A stretch of DNA of 64,000 nucleotides from Candidatus Aegiribacteria sp. (GCA_046498225.1 JAWOBF010000043.1:16957-80956), one strand, 5' to 3'. Counted from the first letter of the stretch, positions 8,478 through 17,671 are shown. The notes: generated by a model not told the origin, from the letters alone. Translations and numbers: made by a program.

Positions 8478-10232
8478 TCACTCTATGAGATATACCTTCC
8501 CCGAACCGGAAACAACGGTGAAGCCATCCTCGGAGCCGGACAGGACAATGTCAGGGTCCGCGGCCATTATGGAAGATGTCCTCACCAGGAACACCCGGTT
8601 GTTCTGTCCCAGAAGTATGACTCTCACCGGCCTGGGAGCCTGGAAGATGACGGTCTCATGACCGGTATCCTTTATCACGAACAGGTCTTCGTTCTCCGGG
8701 ATCTCCAGAAGCTCCAGCCTGATCTCGCCGGTATGGAGGACCACGGCTTCCTTTCTTATGACCATGTTGTCCCTGACCTCGAGCCTGAGGGGTTCCTCCG
8801 AGCCGCAGTTGAGAAGGAAGGTTCCCTGCCCGGAAAGGCTGACCCTGCTTTCCTCCGCCCATTCCACCTGCAGGGTATTCTCCATCACCGAAAGCATGCA
8901 CCGGTCCAGGTCCAGTCTGCCCGATATCATGCTGACCGTAAGCAGGCCGGATTCCGAAGACCACGGGTCTATGGTGTAGTCGGCTTCGTTCCTCATGACG
9001 CAGACCCTGTGCTCCGCAGCTTCAGTAACAGGTTCCTCTTCGGCAGCAGGTTCCTCCTCGACTTCGGGCTCTTCCTCTTCTTCGGGAACCTCCTCTTCGG
9101 GTTCCTCCTCGACTTCGGGCTCTTCCTCTTCTTCGGGAACCTCCTCTTCAGGTTCCTCCCCGGTACCCTTGAAGATGTCTTCCAGCGTCCTGCCGGCACT
9201 GAATGGAACGGTCTCCTCGGCCTCGACAACGGGCTCTTCCTCTTCTTCGGGAATCTCCTCTTCGGGTTCCTCCCCGGCTGCCGGTTCTTCCTCTTCTTCG
9301 GGAGCTTCCGCTTCCGGCTTCTCCTCTTCCGGCTCACCGGAGGCGGTGCCGAATATCTCGTCCAGGCTGACGACCCTCTTCCCGCGTCCGGCGGACGTAT
9401 CATCCGGAGCGGCATCCTCCGCTTCATCAGCATCTTCCGGTTCGCTGAACGCGGATTCAAGCGCCGATGACGCTGTAACTCCTATGTTCTCCAGAAGGGC
9501 GGACACATCCGCCTCCTCATCCTCGGAGGTGGAATCTCCCGAAAGGCCTATGTTCTTCAGCAGGGCGTCCACGCTGTCATCGTCCTCGTCGTCCCGGGAG
9601 TCCGCGAAGAGTTCATCCGATGGCACGTCAGGATAGATCTGCAGACCTTCCCTGGGCGTTTCCTCCTCTTCACCGGGTTCCTCCGCTTCGGGCTTCGCTT
9701 CCTCCTCCTGAGCTTCAGCTTCCGGTTCGTTTTCCTCTTCGGCTTCAGCCGCTTCGGTCTCCTCCTCGACAGCAGCCTCCTCGGACTCCTCCTTCTCGGA
9801 AGCCTTCTCACCGACCCTGGAATTGAAGACCTCCGCCAGGTTGACCCCGGAATCCCTTTCCCTGGCGGTGATCCTGTTCATGGCCACGGAAGCGCTGTGA
9901 TGGTCCGGGTCGTTGTCCAGGACTACCTGGTAATTGTCGGCTGCCAGCTGATACTCCCCCAGCTCCTCCAGCACCTGAGCAAGTCTGAAATGATTGTTGA
10001 CGTTGCCCTCCTCCAGGGTGATGAGTATCTCCAGCTGTTCCCTGGCCTCGGACCACAGTTCCATTATCATGCAGGTATCCGCCAGCAGGCTCCTGCCCCG
10101 GGGTCTGGTTCCTATGAGTGAAATGGCCTTCTGCAGCAGTTCCCGGGCCTGTTCCGGAGAGCTCTTCGCCAGGTAGGCCTCCGCATCGTTGCAGAGAGTT
10201 GTGTAAGTTTCGCCAGTGAAAGTATCAGACAT
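8478..10232 (-). CDS. TPR-repeat protein with long poly-acidic (E/P/V) tandem-repeat linker and C-terminal domain of unknown function
   Basis: Start set at ATG 10232 (MSDTFTG) with GGAGGAAAC RBS, because the ORF-track N-terminus overlaps tRNA-Ser; N-terminal TPR-like helices, ~230-aa Glu/Pro-rich repeat region, ~170-aa C-terminal beta-rich domain. Confidence 0.6.
   Translation of the reverse strand: MSDTFTGETYTTLCNDAEAYLAKSSPEQARELLQKAISLIGTRPRGRSLLADTCMIMELWSEAREQLEILITLEEGNVNNHFRLAQVLEELGEYQLAADNYQVVLDNDPDHHSASVAMNRITARERDSGVNLAEVFNSRVGEKASEKEESEEAAVEEETEAAEAEEENEPEAEAQEEEAKPEAEEPGEEEETPREGLQIYPDVPSDELFADSRDDEDDDSVDALLKNIGLSGDSTSEDEEADVSALLENIGVTASSALESAFSEPEDADEAEDAAPDDTSAGRGKRVVSLDEIFGTASGEPEEEKPEAEAPEEEEEPAAGEEPEEEIPEEEEEPVVEAEETVPFSAGRTLEDIFKGTGEEPEEEVPEEEEEPEVEEEPEEEVPEEEEEPEVEEEPAAEEEPVTEAAEHRVCVMRNEADYTIDPWSSESGLLTVSMISGRLDLDRCMLSVMENTLQVEWAEESRVSLSGQGTFLLNCGSEEPLRLEVRDNMVIRKEAVVLHTGEIRLELLEIPENEDLFVIKDTGHETVIFQAPRPVRVILLGQNNRVFLVRTSSIMAADPDIVLSGSEDGFTVVSGSGKVYLIE
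9031..9330. repeat. imperfect in-frame tandem repeat array; two perfect 51-bp copies at 9050-9151 encoding EEPEEEVPEEEEEPEVE
   Basis: ggttcctcctcgacttcgggctcttcctcttcttcgggaacctcctcttc repeated with period 51 (9050 and 9101), partial third copy at 9152, degenerate copies to ~9300. Confidence 0.85.
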
Positions 10233-10330
10233 GTTTCCTCCCCGAATTAATGCTGAAATCGCTGGCATACCGATATCTACGATAATCAGCAGACACACGG
10301 ACCCCGAACCGGCTTCCTCCGGACGAGGGG

Positions 10331-10423
10331 GTGGCGGAGAGAGAGGGATTCGAACCCTCGAGAACGAATACACGCTCTACACGGTTTCCAACCGTGCTCC
10401 TTCGGCCACTCGGACATCTCTCC
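10331..10423 (-). tRNA. tRNA-Ser (anticodon GGA), long variable arm, CCA encoded
   Basis: RC: GGAGAGAUGUCCGAGUGGCCGAAGGAGCACGGUUGGAAACCGUG...GAGGGUUCGAAUCCCUCUCUCUCCGCCA; 7-bp acceptor GGAGAGA/UCUCUCC, discriminator G. Confidence 0.9.
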
Positions 10424-10555
10424 GCATAAGAACTGAACGGGCCGGAAAATTCCTTATACCGCACAACTGCGAACCAGGCCGACACAACGTACCGGTCCGT
10501 CCGGCGGCATCCATTGCGCCCGTCATGGAAGCCGGCCTTTCTCGCAGGCTAATTG

Positions 10556-10600
10556 ATAGGCAATATATAAAAAAGTGTCAACTTGCGGAAAAACAGGCCG
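10556..10600 (-). promoter_or_regulatory. candidate promoter (TTGACA..17..TATCAA on minus strand) in AT-rich patch upstream of tRNA-Ser(GGA)
   Basis: Only AT-rich stretch in the 10430-10660 intergenic region; hexamers read by eye. Confidence 0.2.
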
Positions 10601-10663
10601 ACGCGGATGGAGAAAGGCGCCCGGGTAGCTTCGGAAAGGCCCGGAGCTTCTCCCGGCGGGTCA

Positions 10664-11260
10664 TTACCCGTCCGTCAGACTGCTCCTGAACTCATGCACC
10701 AGCCGTGAGACGGGAAGTCCCATCACGTTGAAATAGCATCCTCTGATCCCGGCCACCAGCATGCTTCCGTAACCCTGGATCCCGTAAGATCCCGCCTTGT
10801 CCATTGGCTCTCCGGTGGAAACGTACGCGTCTATCTCCTCAGGGGACAGCGTCCTGAACTTTACGCCGGTCATCTCGGTGAACGTCAGCTCCAGGTCCCG
10901 TTCGGGCCACAGGACCGTCACACCGCCGATGACAGAGTGCCATGCGCCCGACAGCCTTGACAGCATTCGGACAGCGTGGTCCCTGTCCCTGGGTTTCCCC
11001 AGCAGCTCCCCCTCCAGGTATACCATGGTATCCGCGCCCAGCACCGGTCTTCCATCGGCAAAACCCGATACGCTCCTGGCCTTTTCCCGCGCCCAGTGCA
11101 GGACCACGTCCTCCGGTCTGCCGCTCATCTCCGTCTCGTGGACGTCACCCGGTATCTGAACGAAGGGGATGCCCGCCATTTTCAGTATGGCCTTCCTTCG
11201 GGGTGACCGGCTTGCCAGGACCAGGGGAACCGGGGACGGGTACCACCACATCGGGTTCAT
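10664..11260 (-). CDS. maf: Maf-like nucleoside triphosphate pyrophosphatase
   Basis: LASRSPRRKAIL, GADTMVYLEGELLGKP, DKAGSYGIQG motifs. Confidence 0.85.
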   Translation of the reverse strand: MNPMWWYPSPVPLVLASRSPRRKAILKMAGIPFVQIPGDVHETEMSGRPEDVVLHWAREKARSVSGFADGRPVLGADTMVYLEGELLGKPRDRDHAVRMLSRLSGAWHSVIGGVTVLWPERDLELTFTEMTGVKFRTLSPEEIDAYVSTGEPMDKAGSYGIQGYGSMLVAGIRGCYFNVMGLPVSRLVHEFRSSLTDG

Positions 11261-11709
11261 TCTCTCTCGGAGGGGGAATCGACCATTACGGTCACCGGTC
11301 CGTCGTTCACCAGGCTTACCTCCATCATGTGGCCGAATACGCCGGTCTGTACATCCAGTCCGGAGCCTTCGAGCATCTTTACGAACAGATGGTAGAGTGT
11401 TTCAGCCCGGTCCGGGTCCGCCGCCCCCATGAAGCTGGGGCGTCTTCCCTTCCTGGTATCCGCGTGAAGAGTGAACTGGCTCACTACGAGTATTCCGCCT
11501 TCCGTCTGGCTGACGGAGAGGTTCATGTTCCCCTCCCCGTCGGGAAATATCCTCAGCCCCAGTATCTTCCCGGCCATCCATTCCAGATCTTTCATGCTGT
11601 CGGACCTTCCGAAACCGGCCAGAACCAGGAGGCCTTTGCCTATTCGTCCCCTCAGCCGGCCGCCGGAACTCACAGAAGCACGGGACACTCTCTGCAGAAG
11701 AGCTTTCAA
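11257..11709 (-). CDS. dtd: D-aminoacyl-tRNA deacylase
   Basis: MKALLQRVS...GLLVLAGF...ILVVSQFTLHADTRKGRRPSF...NDGPVT, conserved Dtd motifs; 150 aa. Confidence 0.9.
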   Translation of the reverse strand: MKALLQRVSRASVSSGGRLRGRIGKGLLVLAGFGRSDSMKDLEWMAGKILGLRIFPDGEGNMNLSVSQTEGGILVVSQFTLHADTRKGRRPSFMGAADPDRAETLYHLFVKMLEGSGLDVQTGVFGHMMEVSLVNDGPVTVMVDSPSERE

Positions 11710-12203
11710 GGCGTCTCTTCCTCATCGGGGCGGGGAAAGTCAAGGTCCTCATGGATGGAGCCTGGAACTCCCGCCACCAGAGCCAGAGCCAGTCCGGCCA
11801 GGCTTCCGAGGGCAACCGGCAGACCGGCCAGCTGCAGATACCTTCCAAACCTCAGCCATGAGACCGATTCCAGCCTGAAGGCCGCGATACGGAAGGCAGA
11901 TCCGGCGGCGAAAAACAAAAGGCCGGCCCAGCGCAGTATCCAGGGAGAGCTCCAGGAGGTCAGCTCCAGGAGAAAGCCGTCGACCGCGCTCACCAGGAGC
12001 ACGGAGTAGAACACGGCGTAGGGAAGGCTGGCGGACCCTCCCCTGTACCTGCTCTCCCAGGCGCTCCAGATGAGATATACAAGGACGGTGGCGCCGCTCA
12101 CCTGGAACTCTATCGAATCCCACGGAAGGGCCTCCAGGTCCACCGCACCCAGGGCCCATAGGACACCTACGAGAACCAGGACCAGGATAAATCTCAATAT
12201 CAT
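11706..12203 (-). CDS. small polytopic membrane protein, function unknown
   Basis: Five predicted hydrophobic helices; overlaps dtd stop by 4 nt. Confidence 0.4.
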   Translation of the reverse strand: MILRFILVLVLVGVLWALGAVDLEALPWDSIEFQVSGATVLVYLIWSAWESRYRGGSASLPYAVFYSVLLVSAVDGFLLELTSWSSPWILRWAGLLFFAAGSAFRIAAFRLESVSWLRFGRYLQLAGLPVALGSLAGLALALVAGVPGSIHEDLDFPRPDEEETP

Positions 12204-12305
12204 TTAATTACAGTGCTCCTCACTATTCGTCTTCCGATGCGTGACCGGCTACGGCCGCGAAACGGCCCCTGACACCATCGAAGGCGTTAGAGACTGGCTG
12301 TCTCC

Positions 12306-14165
12306 CTACCTGACCAGGGAACATTTCATGAGATGGATGGAATCGCCCCTTCTCAGGGAGATAATATACACTCCTGACGCCGACATGCTGCCATCGCGGG
12401 ATATCCCGTCCCAGTGGAAAGCCTCTCCGGGAAGGGGAGCCCTGAAGGTTCCCGGACCCGCCCCGGCCCGCGTGGAGCGGTGCACAAGCCGGCCTGTCAG
12501 ATCGAAGACGGTCAGTTCAACGTCAACGGGACCCTGCTGAAGGTCGAATCCCACGTAAATGCCTTCCGTGGAAGGATTGGGGAATACAGAAGGAGGGTCC
12601 GAACCCGGTTCGGGGTCCACGAACACCTCCAGCTCGACCCCTTCATCATCCAGGGTTCCCGAGACGGGAATGACCGCTCCCTCCCCCCCTCCGTGCGAAA
12701 CCGTGAACGGACCGGTTACGCCGGGACAGAAGGCGAAATATCCGCTGCCGTTGGTATCAGTGTGGTAGAGGGAATCCCCCATCGTAACGGTGAGAGGGTA
12801 TTCCGGAAGGGGAGTGAACGAGGAGCTGAGAACGACCCTTCCGGTGACCGAACGATACTTGAGCGCCGCGAAGGCATCTATAATTCCGTGCCCGATACTG
12901 TTGTCCGGGTCGTGGGAACGCGACGCGGTGACCTTGAGTATTTCCATTATCTCCAGCATGTTCCATTCCGGATGTGCCTGCTGCAGGGCCGCGGCCGCGG
13001 AGGCCGCCAGGGGTGCTGAGAACGATGTTCCATTGCCCTGTGAATACCCGGAAGTACCCTGAAAGGCCAGGCTCACGTTCACGCCCAGGGCGCAGCCCTC
13101 GGGCTTAATCCTGCCGTCGAATGTGGGACCCCTGGAGGAAAATTCCGCTACGTTCCCGGCGTCGTCCACACCGCCCACGGCGAAGACGGAATCGCCGTCG
13201 GCCGGCGCGAGGAGGGTGCCCGTCCCGGGGCCCGCGTTCCCGATGGCATTGAATACCACCATTCCCCTTTTCGCGGCGGCGTCGGCGGCTACGGTCGTGA
13301 CAGCGGTGTTCCCGTCCAGGTCGGAGTAGCCGTACCAGTCGATGTAGGCCAGGGAACTGTTGACCAGATGACCGCCCCGTTCCTCCACCCATTCCAGCCC
13401 GGCCACCCAGTAGTCCTCCTCCGCCTGGTACTCGTCGCTGATGTCCTCTGTCTTGGCAAGCAGGTAGGATGCTTCCGGAGCTCCGCCGGAGAAGGAGCCC
13501 TCCGCGAATCCTCCGAGTATCGAAAGAACGGCGGTACCGTGGTCGGACTGTCCGGGGGGGTCATCCGGCTGCTGGGAGGGGTCGGGGTCGTCGTCGACGA
13601 AGTCGTAGCTGTCCAGCACCTCAATGCCTTCAAAGACCTGATGCGCCAGATTGAAGCCGGAGTCCAGCACGCCCACCACCACGCCCCGTCCCAGCCATCC
13701 CCTCTCGTGCAGCTCGTCCAGCCCCGCCTGGCCCAGCTGAAAGGATGTCACCCCCGCCCGGCTCCCGCTCAGGGGACGGAGGGGAGGCATGCGGAATGAA
13801 CTGCCGGCTACGGGGCGAACGTGACTGACGAAGGGAAGGGCCGTGACATGATGGATGTCCCGCTCCGGAATACTGACGCTCACCGCGTTGAGGAACCTGG
13901 ATTCGGTCCTCAGGACGCAGCGGTTTACCTGCAGCACCCGACTGACGTAACCGCTCCAGGGGGGGAGATCATACTCGTCCGCCCCCACAAGACCCGCCGA
14001 AACCCTCCGCTCCCATGATGGTGAGTCCATGAGCTCCGCGGTGCGTGCCGCGAGCCTTGTCTGAACATCGGGACCCCTGTCCGTGAAGAAGACCCACCAG
14101 GCGGTTGTTTCGCACAACGCTGCAGCGGAAACCACCAGCAGCAGCAGTGCAACGCGCAGGATCAT
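12306..14165 (-). CDS. secreted subtilisin-like serine protease (peptidase S8) with C-terminal T9SS-type sorting domain
   Basis: Catalytic triad motifs VGVLDSGFN (Asp), DHGTAVLSILGG (His), GTSFSAPLAASAAAAL (Ser); signal peptide; C-terminal ~80 aa ...VELTVFDLTGRLVHR...VYIISLRRGD... resembles Por-secretion C-terminal domain. Confidence 0.85.
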   Translation of the reverse strand: MILRVALLLLVVSAAALCETTAWWVFFTDRGPDVQTRLAARTAELMDSPSWERRVSAGLVGADEYDLPPWSGYVSRVLQVNRCVLRTESRFLNAVSVSIPERDIHHVTALPFVSHVRPVAGSSFRMPPLRPLSGSRAGVTSFQLGQAGLDELHERGWLGRGVVVGVLDSGFNLAHQVFEGIEVLDSYDFVDDDPDPSQQPDDPPGQSDHGTAVLSILGGFAEGSFSGGAPEASYLLAKTEDISDEYQAEEDYWVAGLEWVEERGGHLVNSSLAYIDWYGYSDLDGNTAVTTVAADAAAKRGMVVFNAIGNAGPGTGTLLAPADGDSVFAVGGVDDAGNVAEFSSRGPTFDGRIKPEGCALGVNVSLAFQGTSGYSQGNGTSFSAPLAASAAAALQQAHPEWNMLEIMEILKVTASRSHDPDNSIGHGIIDAFAALKYRSVTGRVVLSSSFTPLPEYPLTVTMGDSLYHTDTNGSGYFAFCPGVTGPFTVSHGGGEGAVIPVSGTLDDEGVELEVFVDPEPGSDPPSVFPNPSTEGIYVGFDLQQGPVDVELTVFDLTGRLVHRSTRAGAGPGTFRAPLPGEAFHWDGISRDGSMSASGVYIISLRRGDSIHLMKCSLVR

Positions 14166-14195
14166 GAAAGCGGATGCCTGCTCAGACCGGCGACA

Positions 14196-14750
14196 TCAGG
14201 TTGACGACTGGTCGTACCACCGCCAGATGTACCACTCACCGGTTGAATCCTCCCGGCATATGAAAAGCGCGTCTCCGGAGGCCCTGTAACCTGTCTGGTG
14301 GGCATCATCGGTGTATACCTTGAGGTCAAAGGTTCGAGGAAGCTGAAGGGACTGGCCGGTGGAATCGCCGGTCCAGGGGCTCTGTGCTGTTCCGGACAGG
14401 GTCAGTTCTATGGCCGTGACGCTGTTGAACATTATCTGGTGGAACTCCTCCTCGAGGTCCAGGCCCCAGTATTCGTCTATTATTCCGTCACCGTCGTAAT
14501 CGTCCCAGTCCACCTGCAGGAGGTGGAACTCGAAATCGTCGCGGAAGCAATCGAGGTAGTGGTCCAGATCCCTGCTCTCGTAGGCGTACTGAAGGTTCTC
14601 GAGCGCCTTGTAGGCGCTGTCAACAGGATTGTGGTACTGCACTTCCTCGCCGGTTTCCGTATCCGGCGAGAAGGGATTCCAGCATCCCGCCACCAGCAGC
14701 ACAGCGGCGGCCGCCGAAACCATCAGAGCATGTATTTTCGTTTTTTTCAT
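14196..14750 (-). CDS. lipoprotein of unknown function (paralog of 52401-53021)
   Basis: Start at ATG 14750 MKKTKIHALMVSAAAAVLLVAGC lipobox; C-terminal EDSTGEWYIWRWYD motif shared with the 52.4 kb paralog. Confidence 0.55.
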   Translation of the reverse strand: MKKTKIHALMVSAAAAVLLVAGCWNPFSPDTETGEEVQYHNPVDSAYKALENLQYAYESRDLDHYLDCFRDDFEFHLLQVDWDDYDGDGIIDEYWGLDLEEEFHQIMFNSVTAIELTLSGTAQSPWTGDSTGQSLQLPRTFDLKVYTDDAHQTGYRASGDALFICREDSTGEWYIWRWYDQSST

Positions 14751-14909
14751 GGTGGATTCCCTCTGTTCGCTCATTGTACTCGATGCACCTCCGATCGTAA
14801 CCATATAACTCCACCCATGGAAAATTGTTCCAGAACCTCTTCCTGTCAAGAAGACGTCCCGTGTTGACGATTGCTCCTGACCGCTGCATTTATCAATTTG
14901 GAGGATTGG

Positions 14910-16118
14910 ATGACTAACATCGCTTTATGTCTTCTGATATTCATCACCGGACAGGCTGCCACGGTGGACCAGGCAATAGAGCTGTACCTCATGGGAGACA
15001 TGAGAGGCAGCATATCCGCGCTGGAGTCGCTTCTGGACAGGGGAGGCCTTACCCTGGACGAGGAGGTAAGGGCCTACCACCGGCTGGGAGCCGCTTATTA
15101 CGGCCTGGGAGAGACGGACAATACGGAAGACTCCTTCTACAGTCTCCTCATCCTGGACCCCTACTACGATCTGGGACCGTGGGAGAATCCGGAACTCAGG
15201 AGCATACTCAACGACGTGAGGCAGGAGAACCTGGCCACGGTCCTGATACAGGGGGAGCCCCGCGGGGCTCTGGTTTTCCTCCAGGACCAGTACCTGGGCT
15301 CCACCCCCTTCATCCACGATAACCTTATCGGGGGCCAGTCCTATACTTTCACCATCATGGCGGAAGGCTACCGGACCAGTGTGAAGACCTGCAGCGTTGC
15401 GCCGGGACAGCTGCATACCCTTACCTACCAGATGGAATCGGAATCTTCTCCCGGGACCGGGACACTCGCCGGGAGGGAGGATGTCCTTGCTCAGGTGGAA
15501 TCCCGGGGACATGATACCCAATTCCCCGACACTTCCTCCGCAGCCGGACAGGACGGGTCGGGAAGCATGAGCATCGAAAGACTGAACGCGCTGCTTCACG
15601 GAGGGGAGGAGATGGCGGCCCTGGAGGATGTGGGCCCGTTGAACATGAGTTCCTCCGAGAATGAGGACCAAACCTCGGGGCGGGAGTTCACCCGCGACCG
15701 CGTCAGGTTCGAGAGTACCGGCGGAACCATAGAGACCGACTCCCGGAGCGGGGCCCGCATGGTCTTCTCCGATGTAAACGTAGAGTCGGAGGAGGTTCTT
15801 CAGACCGCTCCCGGCGCAACCTACGGCTCCAGGTCCTCCGGCGAGGTCAGGGGCGTGCTGGCCTCCAAGGAAAGCGCCGTAACCTTCATATACAACAAGC
15901 ACCTCAGATCCGACCCACTCCTGTCGGGGACGGTGGTGATCGAGATGATCATACAGCCCAGCGGCAGGGTCTCGGACGTGAGAATAATCGACTCCAACAC
16001 CATGAATCCGGCCTTCGACCTTGAACTGGCCGCCAATGTTGAAACCTGGAGGTTCGGAGCGGTGGATGAGGACGAGGGTCCGCTTCCGGTCACCTACCCC
16101 TTCGTCTTTTCCCGCTGA
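14910..16118 (+). CDS. TonB C-terminal-domain protein with TPR-like and PEGA domains
   Basis: ATG 14910 after GGAGG; signal peptide; PEGA-like LIQGEPRGALVFLQDQYLGSTPF; C-terminal VTFIYNKHL...GTVVIEMIIQPSGRVSDVRII...DLELAANVETWRF fits the TonB_C fold. Confidence 0.55.
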   Translation: MTNIALCLLIFITGQAATVDQAIELYLMGDMRGSISALESLLDRGGLTLDEEVRAYHRLGAAYYGLGETDNTEDSFYSLLILDPYYDLGPWENPELRSILNDVRQENLATVLIQGEPRGALVFLQDQYLGSTPFIHDNLIGGQSYTFTIMAEGYRTSVKTCSVAPGQLHTLTYQMESESSPGTGTLAGREDVLAQVESRGHDTQFPDTSSAAGQDGSGSMSIERLNALLHGGEEMAALEDVGPLNMSSSENEDQTSGREFTRDRVRFESTGGTIETDSRSGARMVFSDVNVESEEVLQTAPGATYGSRSSGEVRGVLASKESAVTFIYNKHLRSDPLLSGTVVIEMIIQPSGRVSDVRIIDSNTMNPAFDLELAANVETWRFGAVDEDEGPLPVTYPFVFSR

Positions 16119-16160
16119 ACCTCGCAGTTTCCCGAACCGTCGAGGGAGAATGAGAACAGT

Positions 16161-16748
16161 ATGAGCGAAAAGAGAGTTCTGGAGATACTGAGAACCACTG
16201 ACGCCCTTCTGGAGGGACACTTCAAGTACACTTCCGGCCGTCACGGCAGGGAGTATTTCGAGAAGATACGCATTGTCCGGGAACCCCGTTTCGTTGACGA
16301 GCTGGGAAGTATGATGGCGGTGATGATGGAAGATGTCCGTGAAGGCATCGATGTCGTATGCGCACCGGCCTACGGAGCGGTGGTTTTCGGATATTCCACG
16401 GCTCTGCACATGGGCCTGAGCTTCGCATTCCTTCAGCGTGACCGCCGGGCCAGGATGTCGATTCGGCCGGGTTTCCTCGACCTGCTGAAGAACAGCCGTG
16501 TTCTTCTGGTGGAGGACGTGTCCACCACCGGCGGCAGCATAGTCGAATCGATAGAGGCCCTGGAAAGGGCGGGGGCCGAGGTCGTTCAGGTGGGTCTGAT
16601 AGTTGACAGGACGGCGGGAAAGCTCGATCTGGGCGTACCTTACAGGTCCCTTCTCAGTGTGGAGGCCGTCAGCTGGGCGGCCGATGAGTGTCCCCTCTGC
16701 CTGAAGGGGGTCCCTGTCACCGCGCCGGGCTCCTCCGGCAAGAAATAG
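16161..16748 (+). CDS. pyrE: orotate phosphoribosyltransferase-like protein
   Basis: GHFKYTSGRHGREYF and PRPP-binding VLLVEDVSTTGGS motifs. Confidence 0.7.
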   Translation: MSEKRVLEILRTTDALLEGHFKYTSGRHGREYFEKIRIVREPRFVDELGSMMAVMMEDVREGIDVVCAPAYGAVVFGYSTALHMGLSFAFLQRDRRARMSIRPGFLDLLKNSRVLLVEDVSTTGGSIVESIEALERAGAEVVQVGLIVDRTAGKLDLGVPYRSLLSVEAVSWAADECPLCLKGVPVTAPGSSGKK

Positions 16749-16793
16749 ACGCCTTCGGCATACCCGGCTGCCGGACATCGCCCGCTGAGACTG

Positions 16794-17666
16794 TCAGGGT
16801 CTCTGGTTGAAGAACTCCGAGAGCTGCGTGTAGAGTTCGGGGGCCTTCCGCTTCATCGTTTCCGGTTTTTCGAAGAAAGCCTCCACCGCGCAGGCGAAGA
16901 ACTCCGCCGGATTGGTCCCTGCGTAGTGCCGCAGAATTGACCTTCCCCTGCCCACCTTCTCGAACTCCCTCTGCATCACCTCCACCCAGGGTCTGTAGGA
17001 GCCCAGGGTCAGTTCATCGGGGATCCCGTCCGGGCGGTAGCCGTCCAGCACATGGGCGAACTCGTGATAACCAACGTTGTAGCCGTCATCTTCATGCTGG
17101 AAGCCCCGCAGCAGGTGGGGAAGGGAGAGGATAACGTTGCCGGATGAGTGGACCAGTCCCGCCGCGGCGGCATCGGTTCCTCTGAGGTCGGTGGAGTAGG
17201 AACCGTCGGTCCTGAAACCTCCGGGATAGACCAGTATCTCCCCGAAATCCCTGAACTCCCACTCAGGCCTCATGAAAACCAGGCGCACGGCCGTGGCGGC
17301 CACCAGCAGCGCTACTTTCCTTGTTATCTCAACCTGATCGACCCCCGTAATACTGTGTTCCGCCAGGAATATGGCCAGGTTGGCCTCGTAGGTCTTCCTG
17401 TCCCGCTCCGAAAGCGTGCAGTAGAAGGACACGTTCTCCCGCAGTATCCTTCTGTCCTCGTCGCTGAGGGGCCGCCGGGATATCCGAAGCCTTCTGCGGT
17501 ACTTCGGGAGGTAGATACCGTAATAGTAGACCGCCCCAATAACGAACACCACCGGCACCACCGGAAGGGCCCTTCCGGCCGCGATGAAGGGAAGGCTGAA
17601 AAGAAGACAGGCCAGGAACGTGATTCCCAGCCTTGCCTTCAGTTTACCGCGGGGGTAGATCTCCAT
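16794..17666 (-). CDS. membrane-anchored zinc metallopeptidase, MtfA/M90-like
   Basis: Two N-terminal TM helices, then YPGGF...NVGYHEFAHVLD (HExxH) resembling MtfA (Mlc titration factor) family. Confidence 0.6.
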   Translation of the reverse strand: MEIYPRGKLKARLGITFLACLLFSLPFIAAGRALPVVPVVFVIGAVYYYGIYLPKYRRRLRISRRPLSDEDRRILRENVSFYCTLSERDRKTYEANLAIFLAEHSITGVDQVEITRKVALLVAATAVRLVFMRPEWEFRDFGEILVYPGGFRTDGSYSTDLRGTDAAAAGLVHSSGNVILSLPHLLRGFQHEDDGYNVGYHEFAHVLDGYRPDGIPDELTLGSYRPWVEVMQREFEKVGRGRSILRHYAGTNPAEFFACAVEAFFEKPETMKRKAPELYTQLSEFFNQRP

Positions 17667-17671
17667 TCGGG

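Noticed and set aside
8460-9636. Plus-strand ORFs (336 aa, 213 aa Ser/Gly-rich)
   Set aside because: Antisense of the acidic-repeat gene; the Ser/Gly repeats are just the complement of the Glu/Pro codon repeats
10233-10485. N-terminal extension of ORF 8478-10373 and ORF 10225-10485
   Set aside because: Overlap tRNA-Ser(GGA) at 10331-10423; an RBS-supported ATG at 10232 gives a cleaner start
14925-16778. 617-aa minus-strand ORF
   Set aside because: Antisense to two well-supported plus-strand genes (TonB_C protein and pyrE-like); Gly/Arg/Pro-rich product with no motifs
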